A DNA stretch of 64,000 nt. Source: an uncultured Spirochaetota bacterium (GTDB lineage Bacteria > Spirochaetota > Brevinematia > Brevinematales > JAOACQ01). Position numbers and translations under genes: made by a program. Location of the stretch: contig CAWIGG010000002.1 in the NCBI GenBank assembly GCA_963835575.1, positions 1,408,001 to 1,472,000 on the forward strand, written 5' to 3'. Positions 27,665-38,518 of this stretch are shown piece by piece; within the stretch, counting starts at the first letter, position 1, and the number at the start of each line of letters is the position of its first letter. Below the pieces are notes generated by a model, which made no database searches, was not told where the DNA came from, and saw nothing but the letters and a program-made list of their open reading frames with translations.

Positions 27665-28564
27665 GTGGAAAAAGCGGCCCGGCAGAACGGCTTCTGGGAG
27701 CTGAAAAAGCTCGATGTGACCGCCGCTTCCGCCCTCGGCCTCCAGCTTAAATCCGGCCGCATCGTGACCGGCGACTACAAAGTAAACAAGAAAAAGGAAA
27801 GCATTGTCATCAATGTTTATTTATACGATACAGTCACATCCGAATTGATCATGAAGCGTAAGTATGAAGGCTCCAGCGGAAGGGACATCTTCGATACTAT
27901 AGACAACCTGATCCGCAGTACCAGTTCAACGCTTGTCGGAAGGAACATCACCATGGGAAGTTTGAAAGTGGCCGTTCTCGGCGAGGGCGCGTACCGGCTT
28001 TACATCAACGCGAACCTCCAGAAGGAAATTAAAAAGAGCGACGGTTTTCTGGATAAAGTGGCGGCCGGCGAGAATGCGGAAGTCTCCATCCGTTCCATCG
28101 ACAACGATAAAAAGGAGCAGGAAGTCTACCGCGAGTTCATTAAAGTGGACGAGAATAAAACTTATACGATATCTTTTAATCCGGATGATCTTAAAAATAG
28201 ATCTAGAAGATATGTTTGCTTTCCGGTCAAGCTCCTTGAAGGCGGGCTGGGAGGCAATGTCGGCGTAACCTGGTTCTTTACAGACAGCCTGGGCGTCACG
28301 GCCATGGGCGGCGCTGTGTATGCAGCCAATACTATCATTCCAACCGCTCTGGCGGAAGTGACCTTTGCCTTCTGGAAAACGCCCCAGTTCAGTTTATACG
28401 CGAGCGCCGGCGGTTTCTGCTATTTCAGCAAAAGCGTCATCATTTCGCCGTCTGTTATGCTGGGTTTTGAAATGTGGAACGTTTTTATAGAAGCGGGACT
28501 ACGCTATTCCTTTTACGAAGAAGGCGGCTTCAAGCCGATGGCATCATTGGGCTGCAGGTTTTAA
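27665..28564 (+). CDS. Hypothetical envelope protein, probably 5'-truncated, with a C-terminal beta-barrel-like region
   Basis: No RBS or signal peptide; begins just after the last repeat; IVTGDY and DIFDTIDNLI resemble IVFGDY and ELFDAIDTLL of 28815; ends in aromatic F. Confidence 0.55.
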   Translation: MEKAARQNGFWELKKLDVTAASALGLQLKSGRIVTGDYKVNKKKESIVINVYLYDTVTSELIMKRKYEGSSGRDIFDTIDNLIRSTSSTLVGRNITMGSLKVAVLGEGAYRLYINANLQKEIKKSDGFLDKVAAGENAEVSIRSIDNDKKEQEVYREFIKVDENKTYTISFNPDDLKNRSRRYVCFPVKLLEGGLGGNVGVTWFFTDSLGVTAMGGAVYAANTIIPTALAEVTFAFWKTPQFSLYASAGGFCYFSKSVIISPSVMLGFEMWNVFIEAGLRYSFYEEGGFKPMASLGCRF

Positions 28565-28814
28565 GAAAAGGGGTGTATGGGAAATTTGACTGATCCGTTA
28601 AATGAAACTGTAAACTGGTATTTGCGGAAATAACGGGTTTTGTTATTTCCGTCTGTTTTTCGGATGGCGCATGGCTTCATTTTTATGATGATTAATTATA
28701 AAGATGACCCTTTTCAATTTGAATTCGATCCAGGAAAATCATACAGGGATATCCGGCCTATCGATGTCATGGTCGAAAAACCCGATCATGTTTTATTTAT
28801 CAGGAGGTTTTTAT

Positions 28815-30116
28815 ATGAAACCAGTTAATTTTCTTTTTGTATTATTCTTCCTATTTAGTCTCATTCTGGCATCCTGCGCCGAACAGTCGGCATTGACAAA
28901 AGAAAACCAGTTAAAAGGATTGGAAACAAATGTCAACGCCATGTTCCTGGAAAAGCAGGAAACCGAGGCGGACGTTACAGTTAAACATAAGATACTGATA
29001 GCTCCTTTTGAATACAAAGCGAAGGGAGGGGCATATCCGAACCCTGAAATCTACAAGACAATATTTTTCACTTCATTCTACAATTTATTTTCAGTCCTCC
29101 CATCGATCGATCTTCCCGATAAAAGCGTACTTTTAAATATGAACCCTTCTGAGGATACCATTCCGGTTCTGGCAAAACAATACCAGTGCGATTTCATCGT
29201 ATTCGGGGATTACAGCCTTAAAGGCCCCAAATTGAAACCGGACGCGGTTGTAAACCTGAAGATATGGAATAAATTCTCAGGCTCGATTATGACAAACAGC
29301 CTGACGACTCCTACAGAAGCCGAACTGTTTGACGCCATTGATACGCTACTGTCCAGAATGGTCAGGACTATGCTGAATGAAGAAATGAAGATAGCGTATC
29401 TGAATTTCAACAATATCGACACCGGAAAGGAGAAACTCGGGATATTCATCAATCACAGGCTTGTAGCCGAACCCGTTTCAAATAATTTCCAGCTTAATAT
29501 GAAAATAATATCCGGAAAAGACTACAAGGTCAGCATCAGAAGGTTTCTCGACGGCAAACTCCTTACAGGCGCCGTCGCGAACTTAAAACCCGGAGAATCG
29601 ATGAATTTCAGCGCCACAAATTACCGGATAAATCTTATTAAGAACGCGGGTTTTAATGAGGATACTTTCAAAAAGGGGACCTGGACCCACTCCGATGGTC
29701 TCAATTTGTCGATTGAAAATGGAGTGTGCCATATTAAATTTAAATACAGCGGTGCTGGAAATACCTGGGACCATCAATTGATCGCTTTTCCGGTAAAAAT
29801 CGAAGCCGGGAAGCGTTACCGTGTTTCTTTTGACGCGAGGGCTTCCGAGGGGGAGAATATCTACGCAAAGATGGACAAATCAAACAGAAATGGCACTTCT
29901 GATGATGCCCTATCCTATTGGGGCAGTCCTTTAGGAACAGGCTCAGGCGGCGAAGGCGCTCCAAAAAAAATATCAGTAGATAAAGTTATGAAAAATTATA
30001 TATTCGTATTCAGGATGGTTCAGCATACGGATACCAAAGCTCAATTAGAGTTCGACCTCGGTAATTCCTACGGGGACATCTGGCTCTCCGATGTTATGGT
30101 CGAAGAGCTCGATTAG
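28815..30116 (+). CDS. Lipoprotein with C-terminal CBM4/9-like carbohydrate-binding domain
   Basis: AGGAGG RBS, LASC lipobox; NLIKNAGF, IEAGKRYRVSFDARAS, LEFDLG...IWLSDV. Confidence 0.75.
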   Translation: MKPVNFLFVLFFLFSLILASCAEQSALTKENQLKGLETNVNAMFLEKQETEADVTVKHKILIAPFEYKAKGGAYPNPEIYKTIFFTSFYNLFSVLPSIDLPDKSVLLNMNPSEDTIPVLAKQYQCDFIVFGDYSLKGPKLKPDAVVNLKIWNKFSGSIMTNSLTTPTEAELFDAIDTLLSRMVRTMLNEEMKIAYLNFNNIDTGKEKLGIFINHRLVAEPVSNNFQLNMKIISGKDYKVSIRRFLDGKLLTGAVANLKPGESMNFSATNYRINLIKNAGFNEDTFKKGTWTHSDGLNLSIENGVCHIKFKYSGAGNTWDHQLIAFPVKIEAGKRYRVSFDARASEGENIYAKMDKSNRNGTSDDALSYWGSPLGTGSGGEGAPKKISVDKVMKNYIFVFRMVQHTDTKAQLEFDLGNSYGDIWLSDVMVEELD

Positions 30117-30362
30117 GCTTGATAAACTTATTTTGCATACATGGGTAAATTATTTTCTGTTCAGTCAATTTTTCGGAAGTTGCAAGTTATTTTATTGAGT
30201 CAGATTAGCTTTCAGAAAAAATGGGCTTTTTTTATTGCTTTTTTACCCTCTTCTGATTATATTTTTCTCAGTAAAATAATTCTTTCATTCGGCAAACTAT
30301 TCAAGCTGTTTTTGCCGCATGATTATTAAATCTATATTTAAAATAAACACGGGAGGTAAAAT

Positions 30363-31658
30363 ATGAAACGATTAACAGCCGTGATCCTGACAGCGCTTTT
30401 GGCGTTTGCTGTAAATGCTACGGCAAGTAACCAGAAGAATTCCCAGAATAATAATAATAATAAAGGTAAAACAACTGCGGCTTCCAAAACCGGCAGCCAG
30501 AAGAACAGTCAGGGGAAACAAAAGGGCTCTGTTCAACAGCAGGTGATAATTAATATGAACCGTCCGTCAAGCGGCGGACATAACCGGAATTATCCATCGC
30601 AAAAACCCGCACAGAAGCAGATAAACAATAACCCCGCTTACGGTAAATTGCAATTGACGCCTGTTAACCAGGGCAGACGGCTGATCAAGAATAACACCCA
30701 ACTGCAGCCCGTCAGCAGGCCCATTCAATCAAAGAACGGTCAAAATGAAGTCAAAACTGCGAACCCGCATCCGGGTGTCAATACCGCCAGCGTAACCCAC
30801 CATCACCCGTATGAGCCGAATTATGTACGCAAAAAATTGCAGAAACTCGGCGTTGTATCAGCGCCGGGTTATATTATAAACAGGGATGAGGTTATCCATA
30901 CCGACAGGGCGCATTCCATAATTGCCTATCCAAAGGAAGGATTTGATAAGCGCCCCCTGAACGCTGCGGCTTTTTCACCGCGGCATTTCAATGATAAAGC
31001 GGTCCGGGGCCATATGTCGCTGATAACCGCTATCGATTGGCAGAACAGGATCCGCGGTTTCAATCAGACTGAAACCCGCGCCAACTTTTATTACTGGCAT
31101 AAAGATAAAGATTTCAACTATTGCCATTACATCGACAATTCGGGTTATCACTGGTACGGCTGGTATGCGGGCAGCACATATTTCTGGACCCGCTATTTCA
31201 ACAACCGCTGGTGGTGGTATGACGCGGATTATGACCGCTGGTGTTTCTGGAATGACGGTTTCTGGTGGTGGCAGGACCCCTATCACATGGGAGACCTGTA
31301 CTGTTATAACGACGCCGATTATATACCGTGCAACTCGGCGGATGACAATGTTACAGTGACCGTGCCGGATAATAACAATACCCAGACTTTCACAAGCCCG
31401 GACAATTCACGTATTGTAAAAGTGGTTATGGATACACAGGACGCTTTCCTGTATGATCCGGCAAATCCGCCGGCATTCAACCCGGTTTACCTGGCCTCAG
31501 GGGTTCAGGATGTCATGTTTTCTGATCCGAACAATGGAAGGCCGCTCGAGATAATCTTAAAGCTTAATGATAAGTCTTTTGATATGTTTGACGGCAATGG
31601 AAACCCCTATAACCCCGGAGCTTCTGAAGGCGACCAGTCCAGCACAAATATACAGTAA
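30363..31658 (+). CDS. Exported protein with low-complexity N-terminus and Trp/Tyr-rich domain
   Basis: Signal peptide; YHWYGWY...RWWWYD...WCFWNDGFWWWQDP. Confidence 0.75.
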   Translation: MKRLTAVILTALLAFAVNATASNQKNSQNNNNNKGKTTAASKTGSQKNSQGKQKGSVQQQVIINMNRPSSGGHNRNYPSQKPAQKQINNNPAYGKLQLTPVNQGRRLIKNNTQLQPVSRPIQSKNGQNEVKTANPHPGVNTASVTHHHPYEPNYVRKKLQKLGVVSAPGYIINRDEVIHTDRAHSIIAYPKEGFDKRPLNAAAFSPRHFNDKAVRGHMSLITAIDWQNRIRGFNQTETRANFYYWHKDKDFNYCHYIDNSGYHWYGWYAGSTYFWTRYFNNRWWWYDADYDRWCFWNDGFWWWQDPYHMGDLYCYNDADYIPCNSADDNVTVTVPDNNNTQTFTSPDNSRIVKVVMDTQDAFLYDPANPPAFNPVYLASGVQDVMFSDPNNGRPLEIILKLNDKSFDMFDGNGNPYNPGASEGDQSSTNIQ

Positions 31659-31868
31659 GTACGCCTGCCGGTGTTGAAAGCGGCATGGCACACTAGCGCT
31701 CCTTCAACCGCATAAGAATGCCTTTATGGAAAAGCAGTCAGACGCGCGCAGCCTGTTCTCTTACTTTATAGGATATAAATATCCTTATTATTCCTGAAGC
31801 GTTGTCTCTTATATCTTATTTCGACTTTGAAGCTGAGTTGATAGGCTGCGGCCGTCCTTTTATTTTTT

Positions 31869-32297
31869 TTAAAAATCTATAAGCTCTTTCGGCTTCAGAT
31901 TCGATTCCATTGTCCAGAAATGCGCCTGGCCATGGGCTATCCTGAATATAATCAATCCCGGGCTGTCGGCTGTTAAACCGAAACTTTTTAAAAACGGCCT
32001 GTCTATGAGCACTTTTTCCTTAAGGACCCTGTCGTTCATAAATTCGGCTTCCCCGGCTATCCGGAGCATCCTTCCCGTCGTATTATCCGGCCCGGGTTTA
32101 TAAAAACAGACCTCGGTCTTCGGGTTTTCCTTTAACTGCCGGTATAATGGTTTAATATCCCCGGTCTCAAAATAAAAACCGGTCTCATCGGCAAACCAGA
32201 ATTGAAGTGCCCTGACCCTCGGCTGGTCTTTCTCGGCTGTGGCCAGAAAGCATAATAAGGTTTCGTTCGAGAAGTCGATGCAGTTTTTGATATCCAT
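31869..32297 (-). CDS. Pyridoxamine 5'-phosphate oxidase family protein
   Basis: FLATAEKDQPRVR, LYRQLKENPKTEVCF; GAGGAGG RBS before ATG 32297. Confidence 0.85.
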   Translation of the reverse strand: MDIKNCIDFSNETLLCFLATAEKDQPRVRALQFWFADETGFYFETGDIKPLYRQLKENPKTEVCFYKPGPDNTTGRMLRIAGEAEFMNDRVLKEKVLIDRPFLKSFGLTADSPGLIIFRIAHGQAHFWTMESNLKPKELIDF

Positions 32298-32589
32298 TAT
32301 AAAATTCCTCCTCAATGAGTCTGTATTCACACGATCAAATTGATAAATATTATAACTTATTTGATAAGAAAATGGGAAAAAGAGAATAAATCCGGTTTTT
32401 TTGAAAATGTCTGCCGGAATGCGCAATATTAACAAAATGATTTCAAGATTTAAGAGGCCCGTATTAAGTAAGATCGGCTTATAATGGCCGCTTTTTTCGG
32501 GCCGGGGGATTTTGATATAAATGAAGCTTGCTTCCTTTCCGGCCTTTTCAGCTGCCGCGCCGCACGCAATGAAACTATCCTGCTTTCCT

Positions 32590-34701
32590 TTATTGCGGCC
32601 TGCAGTCGTAAAGGACCGGATTTCCCCGGGACCCCGCTGTTTGTGAAGTATTGGCGCTATTCGTATTTGAGCTGCTGTCAATATCAAGCCATAATTCAGA
32701 CTTGACTATCCTTCCTTTATTTGTGATCCATTTGTTTAATTCATTAAGCGAGCCGTTGGTTCCCATGAAATTATTGCCTCTCGGCCTGAAGGAATTCGAA
32801 ACCGCGAAGTTGTTTGTCATAACAATAAAGTAGCGTATTTGCCCTTCTTCGACCATATTCTTAAGTACTTCGACAGTCAATATATTATCTCTTCCTGAAA
32901 AACCGCCCATTGCCATTACCGGCTGGCCGGTTCCCAATATGATGGGAGACGCGATGGCCGCGTTTGGAACGCCGATAAGAAATTTCTCCCCTTTTCTGTT
33001 GGAAATCAGGAAATGGATAAGCTTGTCAACTTTAAAATTTTCATTAAACGGTGAATTCCAGCCGTCAATATTGACTGGATTATTGGGATTTTCCGTCACC
33101 CAGGCATAGTTCCGCCGGTTTTTAAGCTCCGGCCCGGCAAACGGCATGGATGCCTGATCGCCGTAAAGCATGGGAGTAAGGCTCCAGATGATAGGAGAAA
33201 TGTTTAAGGCCATAAACCCGATGATGACAGAAATTTTCTGCAGGTTAATGTTATCCGTTATTTTGAGTAATTTCAGAACGGAAATCATACCGCAGGAGAT
33301 AAGGGTGAGGCTTAAAACCGCCGGAATCATCCAGTTTCTCCAATCCGGGTAGCGGTATAAAAAATAGATTTGAAAAAGCGCGCTTATTAAAAAAACAGAC
33401 GGCAACAGCCGGCTCCTCCAGCCCTTTTCACTGAGGTTTTCCCATAATTCAATAACACCGATCCCGCATAGGGCAGCGATGCCGGGAGCAAGCATGCTGA
33501 GATAATACCTGTGAAAGAAGCCGGTAATGCTGAAATAAACGATCATCGGCAGTATCCATGCGCTCCAGAATAAAACTCCGCGGACTTTCGGGTTTTGAAG
33601 ATCAAAACCGGACTTGTCTTTCCTGATAAAAAAGACCAGTATGCTGATGAGCGCAAAGGGTAAAAGCCAGCTTAATTGTCCGGCCATTTGCTGATTAAAC
33701 AGCCTCATTACACCCGGATTGCCTCCTTCCCCGCCTGGATTTCTGCCGCGGTTTCCCCAGACATTACTGACAGCCGTTTGAGTATTGGAAGGCGTAATGA
33801 TAGAGGTCATCTGTAAAGAAGGCATAATATTAGTCCGCATCAGGTTCGTATTCTGCTCTGCCCCGGCCGTTCTAAAATTACCGCGGTTTCCAAATTCCCT
33901 CCTTCCGCGGTTTCTGGGAAGAACTCGATTGATCCCATTATAACCGACGGCTAGATTGAGCTCTGAATTCTGCTGGCTGCTTCCTACATAGGGCCTTTTT
34001 TCGGGCGGTACCAGATCCACAGCGATTGGCCAGGAAAGGGAAACTGCGATGAGTACAAAAATTGAAACCCCAATATTTATTAATTTTCTGCCCATTTTGA
34101 TTTCTGATGAAAAGAAATACAAAATAAAAAAAGCGGGAATCGCCATAAAGGCCTCAGCCATTTTAGTATTAAACCCTGCCCCGACGAGAACCATGGAGAT
34201 TAATAACCACTTCAGGCTCCCTTTCTGTACCGCGGTATTAACAGCCCAGGCGGCAAATAGAATGATCATTACCAGGACCGGGTCAAGTTCATTGGTACGG
34301 CTTACAGCCACGAAGATCGGGGTTGTCGCTAAAACAAAGGCCGCGATCAAACCGGCAGCATTTCCAAACGGCTTTTTGACTAATTTAAAAATAATGAACA
34401 CGGACGCAATGCTTGATAAAGCCTGGGGAAGAAGAATAGACCAGCTTTTAAAGCCGAATATTTCAGCGAACGCGCATTGGAGCCACAGGGCAAGCGGCGG
34501 TTTATCAACACTGACAAATCCGCCCGGGTCATAAGATGCAAAAAAGAAATTATGCCGGCTGGCGAGCATGCTTTTCACAGCCGCGGCATAATAATTGTTC
34601 CCGAAACCAATATCATGGAATTTAATAAAATTTAACAGAAATGCCGTTAATGCCAAAAGGAAAAGCGTTATATACAATAAAATCTTTTTTGATCTGTCCA
34701 C
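32590..34701 (-). CDS. Glycosyltransferase family 39 (ArnT/PMT-like, YkcB/YycA type)
   Basis: YYAAAVKSM, SVDKPPLALW, RPYVGSS..NS, VMAMGGFSGRD, LYDC; probable GTG start. Confidence 0.88.
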   Translation of the reverse strand: MDRSKKILLYITLFLLALTAFLLNFIKFHDIGFGNNYYAAAVKSMLASRHNFFFASYDPGGFVSVDKPPLALWLQCAFAEIFGFKSWSILLPQALSSIASVFIIFKLVKKPFGNAAGLIAAFVLATTPIFVAVSRTNELDPVLVMIILFAAWAVNTAVQKGSLKWLLISMVLVGAGFNTKMAEAFMAIPAFFILYFFSSEIKMGRKLINIGVSIFVLIAVSLSWPIAVDLVPPEKRPYVGSSQQNSELNLAVGYNGINRVLPRNRGRREFGNRGNFRTAGAEQNTNLMRTNIMPSLQMTSIITPSNTQTAVSNVWGNRGRNPGGEGGNPGVMRLFNQQMAGQLSWLLPFALISILVFFIRKDKSGFDLQNPKVRGVLFWSAWILPMIVYFSITGFFHRYYLSMLAPGIAALCGIGVIELWENLSEKGWRSRLLPSVFLISALFQIYFLYRYPDWRNWMIPAVLSLTLISCGMISVLKLLKITDNINLQKISVIIGFMALNISPIIWSLTPMLYGDQASMPFAGPELKNRRNYAWVTENPNNPVNIDGWNSPFNENFKVDKLIHFLISNRKGEKFLIGVPNAAIASPIILGTGQPVMAMGGFSGRDNILTVEVLKNMVEEGQIRYFIVMTNNFAVSNSFRPRGNNFMGTNGSLNELNKWITNKGRIVKSELWLDIDSSSNTNSANTSQTAGSRGNPVLYDCRPQ

Positions 34702-34942
34702 CGCCCGGCCTCGATTTTTTATTAAAATCAATTATAAAAGGCTGGAACCGGTTAAATAGTTTCAAATTTCTAATAATTATTTTTGAATTTCGGGAAAAAA
34801 TCATATTCAAAATGTATTTTATTGTATTTCAATGGACATGCCTGTTTCTTCATTAATATTATACTCATGACCTTTGCACAGTAAACTTAAGTTAATTCGC
34901 TGCCTGATAAAACTTTAGGCTATAAATTGCCGCTTAAAACTG

Positions 34943-35003
34943 GACTTTTGCACGGTTTCTATTTAATTATCCGTTAATGGTTTGCGGAAACCGTGCAAAA
35001 GTC
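34943..35003. repeat. 17-bp perfect inverted repeat between divergent genes
   Basis: GACTTTTGCACGGTTTC / GAAACCGTGCAAAAGTC; partial third copy near 34869. Confidence 0.6.
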
Positions 35004-35096
35004 TTTACTCTTATTTTTCAATAAAATATATATCCCGGAATTGCATCCAAATGAGATGAATTTCACTTATAATGTCAGCCATAGAATAATCAAAAT

Positions 35097-35747
35097 ATGG
35101 GGAATGTTCCTGTGATCAGATCAATAATATACTATTCCGGATTAATCTTTCTTGCCGTCCTGGCAGGCTGTTCCGGCGAAGTTAAAAGCGACAGCCAGTC
35201 TTTAAAGGATCTGCAGAGTTATCTGGTCTATTCCAATCCGTATGAAATGAATTCCGCCTGGCTGACGGACCATCTGGGAATCCGGCAAAACTCAATCGGC
35301 AAATTATCTGAAATTGTCCTGGATGATTATTACGGGACCTTTGAAGACAGGGATATATACAGCAATTATAGTGCGGATATCTTTGATAAGGTCATAGCGG
35401 ACAGGGCCAGGCAGAGATGGAACGCGACCGCAATAAAGCTGAAAGGCATAATCGATCACGGTCAGGCAGAAAAATTAAATACTGTGATATCACAGGTCAA
35501 TTCCTTAAAAGACTATGCCTTGATGCTGATGGTCAAAGTACCGCTTTCCTATCCGCAGGCTATCCTGATTGATTCGGGGTTTGAAGTTTCGAATTGCCTG
35601 AAAACGGATCAATACGCTGTTTTTCAAAAAATTGAGAAAGCCAGGAGCGCAATATGGATTTCCAATGTGCAAAATAATCAGGAAGGAACGACCAATTCCC
35701 AGCCTAAAAAAAGGGGAACGGGCAGAAGGAGAGGAAAAAACAACTGA
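35097..35747 (+). CDS. Hypothetical lipoprotein
   Basis: LAGC lipobox; basic C-terminal tail. Confidence 0.7.
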   Translation: MGNVPVIRSIIYYSGLIFLAVLAGCSGEVKSDSQSLKDLQSYLVYSNPYEMNSAWLTDHLGIRQNSIGKLSEIVLDDYYGTFEDRDIYSNYSADIFDKVIADRARQRWNATAIKLKGIIDHGQAEKLNTVISQVNSLKDYALMLMVKVPLSYPQAILIDSGFEVSNCLKTDQYAVFQKIEKARSAIWISNVQNNQEGTTNSQPKKRGTGRRRGKNN

Positions 35748-35858
35748 TAATTTAAAGAAATTAAACAATACCCGGTTTTATTGTTTTGTTTTTTTGAATT
35801 TTTACTTATTGCTGATTATGATTTAATGGTAATTATTCATTAAACACCGGAGGAAAAT

Positions 35859-36740
35859 ATGAAAGCAATAAAATCCTTTTCAATTATAACAGTTTTCACG
35901 GCCCTGCTTTTGTACAGTTCCTGTTCAATAAATTCGAACAGCGGCGGTTCCGCATAGACAAACGACGCTCCGCCGCTGCCCGGAGGCGTAACAACATTAA
36001 AACCCAACAATAACGACAATATTCCGGTCGGAAGCAGTTACGTTGTCATGAACAACGAATGGAACTCAGGGCAGGCATCACCGCCTTACAGCGAGGTCAT
36101 CTTCACAGGCGATACAAACGGCGGAACGTACTTCGGCTGGCAGTGGTCCTGGAACAACGCGAATACTTGGACGGTCCTGAGTTATCCCGAAGTATTATGC
36201 GGCCAGAGCCCATGGTCCCCCTCATTGATCCATTCCTCCGGATTTCCCTTTGCGATCGGATCGACGAATGTAAAATCGACCTTCAATATCATCCAGACAA
36301 TAAATGAGTCGCTTTCCCGCGGAAACACATACGATCTTGCTTACGATATCTGGGTCATATCAAATACCAGCGATACTAATAATTTTACTTCAACTAATAT
36401 TAAATGCGAGATCATGATCTGGCTCGCAAGCGAAAGATGCGAACCGGATGGAGTGACCCCGACTACTTTTATACCGGCTAACGGAATATCATGGGGATAT
36501 GTAATGAAAACCGGTCAGGGAGGAAGCCCACATGGCTGGACTTATGCTGCTTATGACGCTGTAACGCCGGTATTTGATTCCCCGGCCGGAGGTTTCGACA
36601 TTACCCCGTTTTTAAGCGATCTTGTCAGTAGAGGAGTTATTGTTAACGGAGATTATGTCGCCACCGTTGAACTCGGCACGGAAGTCGCGATAGGCGCAGG
36701 CATGGTGTTTATATCGAATTATTCCGTGATTCTTTATTAA
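35859..36740 (+). pseudogene. GH12-like glycoside hydrolase lipoprotein with one in-frame TAG
   Basis: GGAGG plus ATG 35859, SSC lipobox, TAG at 35955, in frame with VMNNEW, SYPEV, YDLAYDIW, EIMIWL, VELGTE. Confidence 0.8.
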
Positions 36741-36830
36741 CGCGGCCTTATCCGCCGCCTCGGCAGTTTCTTGATCTATTGCAGATATTTCTTCAAAATA
36801 ACCATTTTATGAAAATCTTATCAGGCTTTT

Positions 36831-38054
36831 TTAGTCTTTTACTCTCATGAATTTCGATTCCTTAAGCCTTGTGCTGACCAAAACCATTAAAAGCATAAAA
36901 CCGATCAATATATTCATGGAAAACGTCATCGAACCTGTCTTCGGCGATTTGAAAAGGTCCATCCCTAAAATAAAAAGAACACCCGAAACCTGCCCCATCA
37001 TCATCAGCATCCCGGTGGATGTGCCTTCAGGCGCGGGATAAGCGATTTCAGCGCCGTATTGGAACCCTACAGGGGCCGTGCTCAGGAGGAAGAACCCGAA
37101 TACGGCCGAAGAGGCCAGTAAAATCCGGAAGTCCGCCGCATACGTTATGCCGATCAGTCCGAGCGCCGAGCCGGCGAGCGCCAGAAAAATAAAGAGGGTC
37201 CGTCTGCGGAACTTATCCGACAGGAAGGGAATGACTGCCGAGCCGATTACGCCGCATGCGATCATCAGGCCGCCTGCGATCCCTGCCTGCGCCGGTGAAA
37301 ACCCCCGCGGTTTAAGAATTTCTTCGATCCATGTGGCCAGAGCATTGAACACGCCCAGGCCTATAAAAAAGATCAGCATCAAAAACACAAATTCTTTTTT
37401 TACCATAAGCTGTTTCAGCCCGTCGAAAACCAGCGCCCTATCCTCCTCTCCGGGAGCGCACTGGGGGGTCGGCGGCTTTTCCCTGGCAAAGATAATGAAA
37501 ATAACAGCCGAGGCGATTGAGACTGCTCCATAATAAACAAGCATCCCGGGAATGCCTGCCGCCTGGGCCAGAAAGGGTGTCAGGGCCAGTCCGATAATAA
37601 GGCCCAGGTAGCCCGCAAGCCATGAGAGACCGGCGGCCGTCGCCCTTTCCTGGAGGGGGAACCACCGCGCGGCGACTTTCGTCACGGCATTGAGAATCAA
37701 TGGCTGGCCGACTGCGATCATTATCTGAAAAAAAAGCACTGTGTTATAATTTCCGGCAAAAAGCCCCCGCAGAAGACCGAAAATACCTGTCAGGGCGGCG
37801 CCGAGCCCGACCGCGGTCCGGAACCCGTATGTATCGATCATCCATGATGCAGGGATCGACACAACAATATAGACGATCATGAAAACCATGGACAATAACC
37901 CGATCCCCAGATCGGAAACCCTATAAAAAGCCGCCGATTCCATGGTAATGGATGCGAAGGTTATCCAGAGAAGCTGCTGGACAGCCATAATCAGCATAAA
38001 AATCCCGAGAATAATCCATCTGTAAGGATAAGTCTTTATTTTCTGCTGTTTCAT
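36831..38054 (-). CDS. MFS transporter (FLVCR-like)
   Basis: YPYRWIIL, about 12 TM, ARWFPLQERATA, AEIAYPAPEGTS. Confidence 0.9.
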   Translation of the reverse strand: MKQQKIKTYPYRWIILGIFMLIMAVQQLLWITFASITMESAAFYRVSDLGIGLLSMVFMIVYIVVSIPASWMIDTYGFRTAVGLGAALTGIFGLLRGLFAGNYNTVLFFQIMIAVGQPLILNAVTKVAARWFPLQERATAAGLSWLAGYLGLIIGLALTPFLAQAAGIPGMLVYYGAVSIASAVIFIIFAREKPPTPQCAPGEEDRALVFDGLKQLMVKKEFVFLMLIFFIGLGVFNALATWIEEILKPRGFSPAQAGIAGGLMIACGVIGSAVIPFLSDKFRRRTLFIFLALAGSALGLIGITYAADFRILLASSAVFGFFLLSTAPVGFQYGAEIAYPAPEGTSTGMLMMMGQVSGVLFILGMDLFKSPKTGSMTFSMNILIGFMLLMVLVSTRLKESKFMRVKD

Positions 38055-38314
38055 AAGGTCCGTTTCCTCCCCAATTTTTTTTGATAGGGACAGGTTCAGG
38101 CAACCGCGGGTCTTTGGATCTGTCCCGGTTAATATTTATTTTCTATCTAAGCAGACTTTGATGACTTGCCCAGTCTGCACCCGGCAGTTTTAGAAATTCT
38201 GTTTTTTTAGAACTGTCTTTAAATTATAGTGAAACACTTTCCTTGTGTCAATGGCTGAGTAAATCCCGCCTGATAGTTTTATCCAATGGTAAGTTGAAAT
38301 TATTAAAAAAATAT

Positions 38315-38518
38315 GGGCAGTTCTAAAAACTCAAATATTTAGAACTGCCGCTATTATATGAGTTCATGCTACCGCCCGAGTTCGCTGTCTGAAAAGATCA
38401 TCAACCAGCGAACTCTATACGGTAGCGCCAATTAAATTTACAAGAGATTCTATAACCGGGGCAGTTCCAAAACCTATGTTGGAAATATCTGATTGATTTT
38501 GAGTTTTTGGAACTGCCC
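38315..38518. mobile_element. 204-bp MITE, identical copy in opposite orientation
   Basis: Reverse complement of 25895-26098; flanks ATAT / TTAT; a decayed end-like sequence lies near 38183-38218. Confidence 0.92.

Noticed and set aside
32298..32687. N-terminal extension of ORF 31869-32687
   Set aside because: It overlaps the GT39 gene; domain similarity and a strong RBS point to ATG 32297.
17918..35957. Genome-wide TAG reassignment
   Set aside because: Many intact genes end at TAG in the expected place (for example 3011, 14033, 39342, 52584), and the RCC1 gene also has a frameshift.
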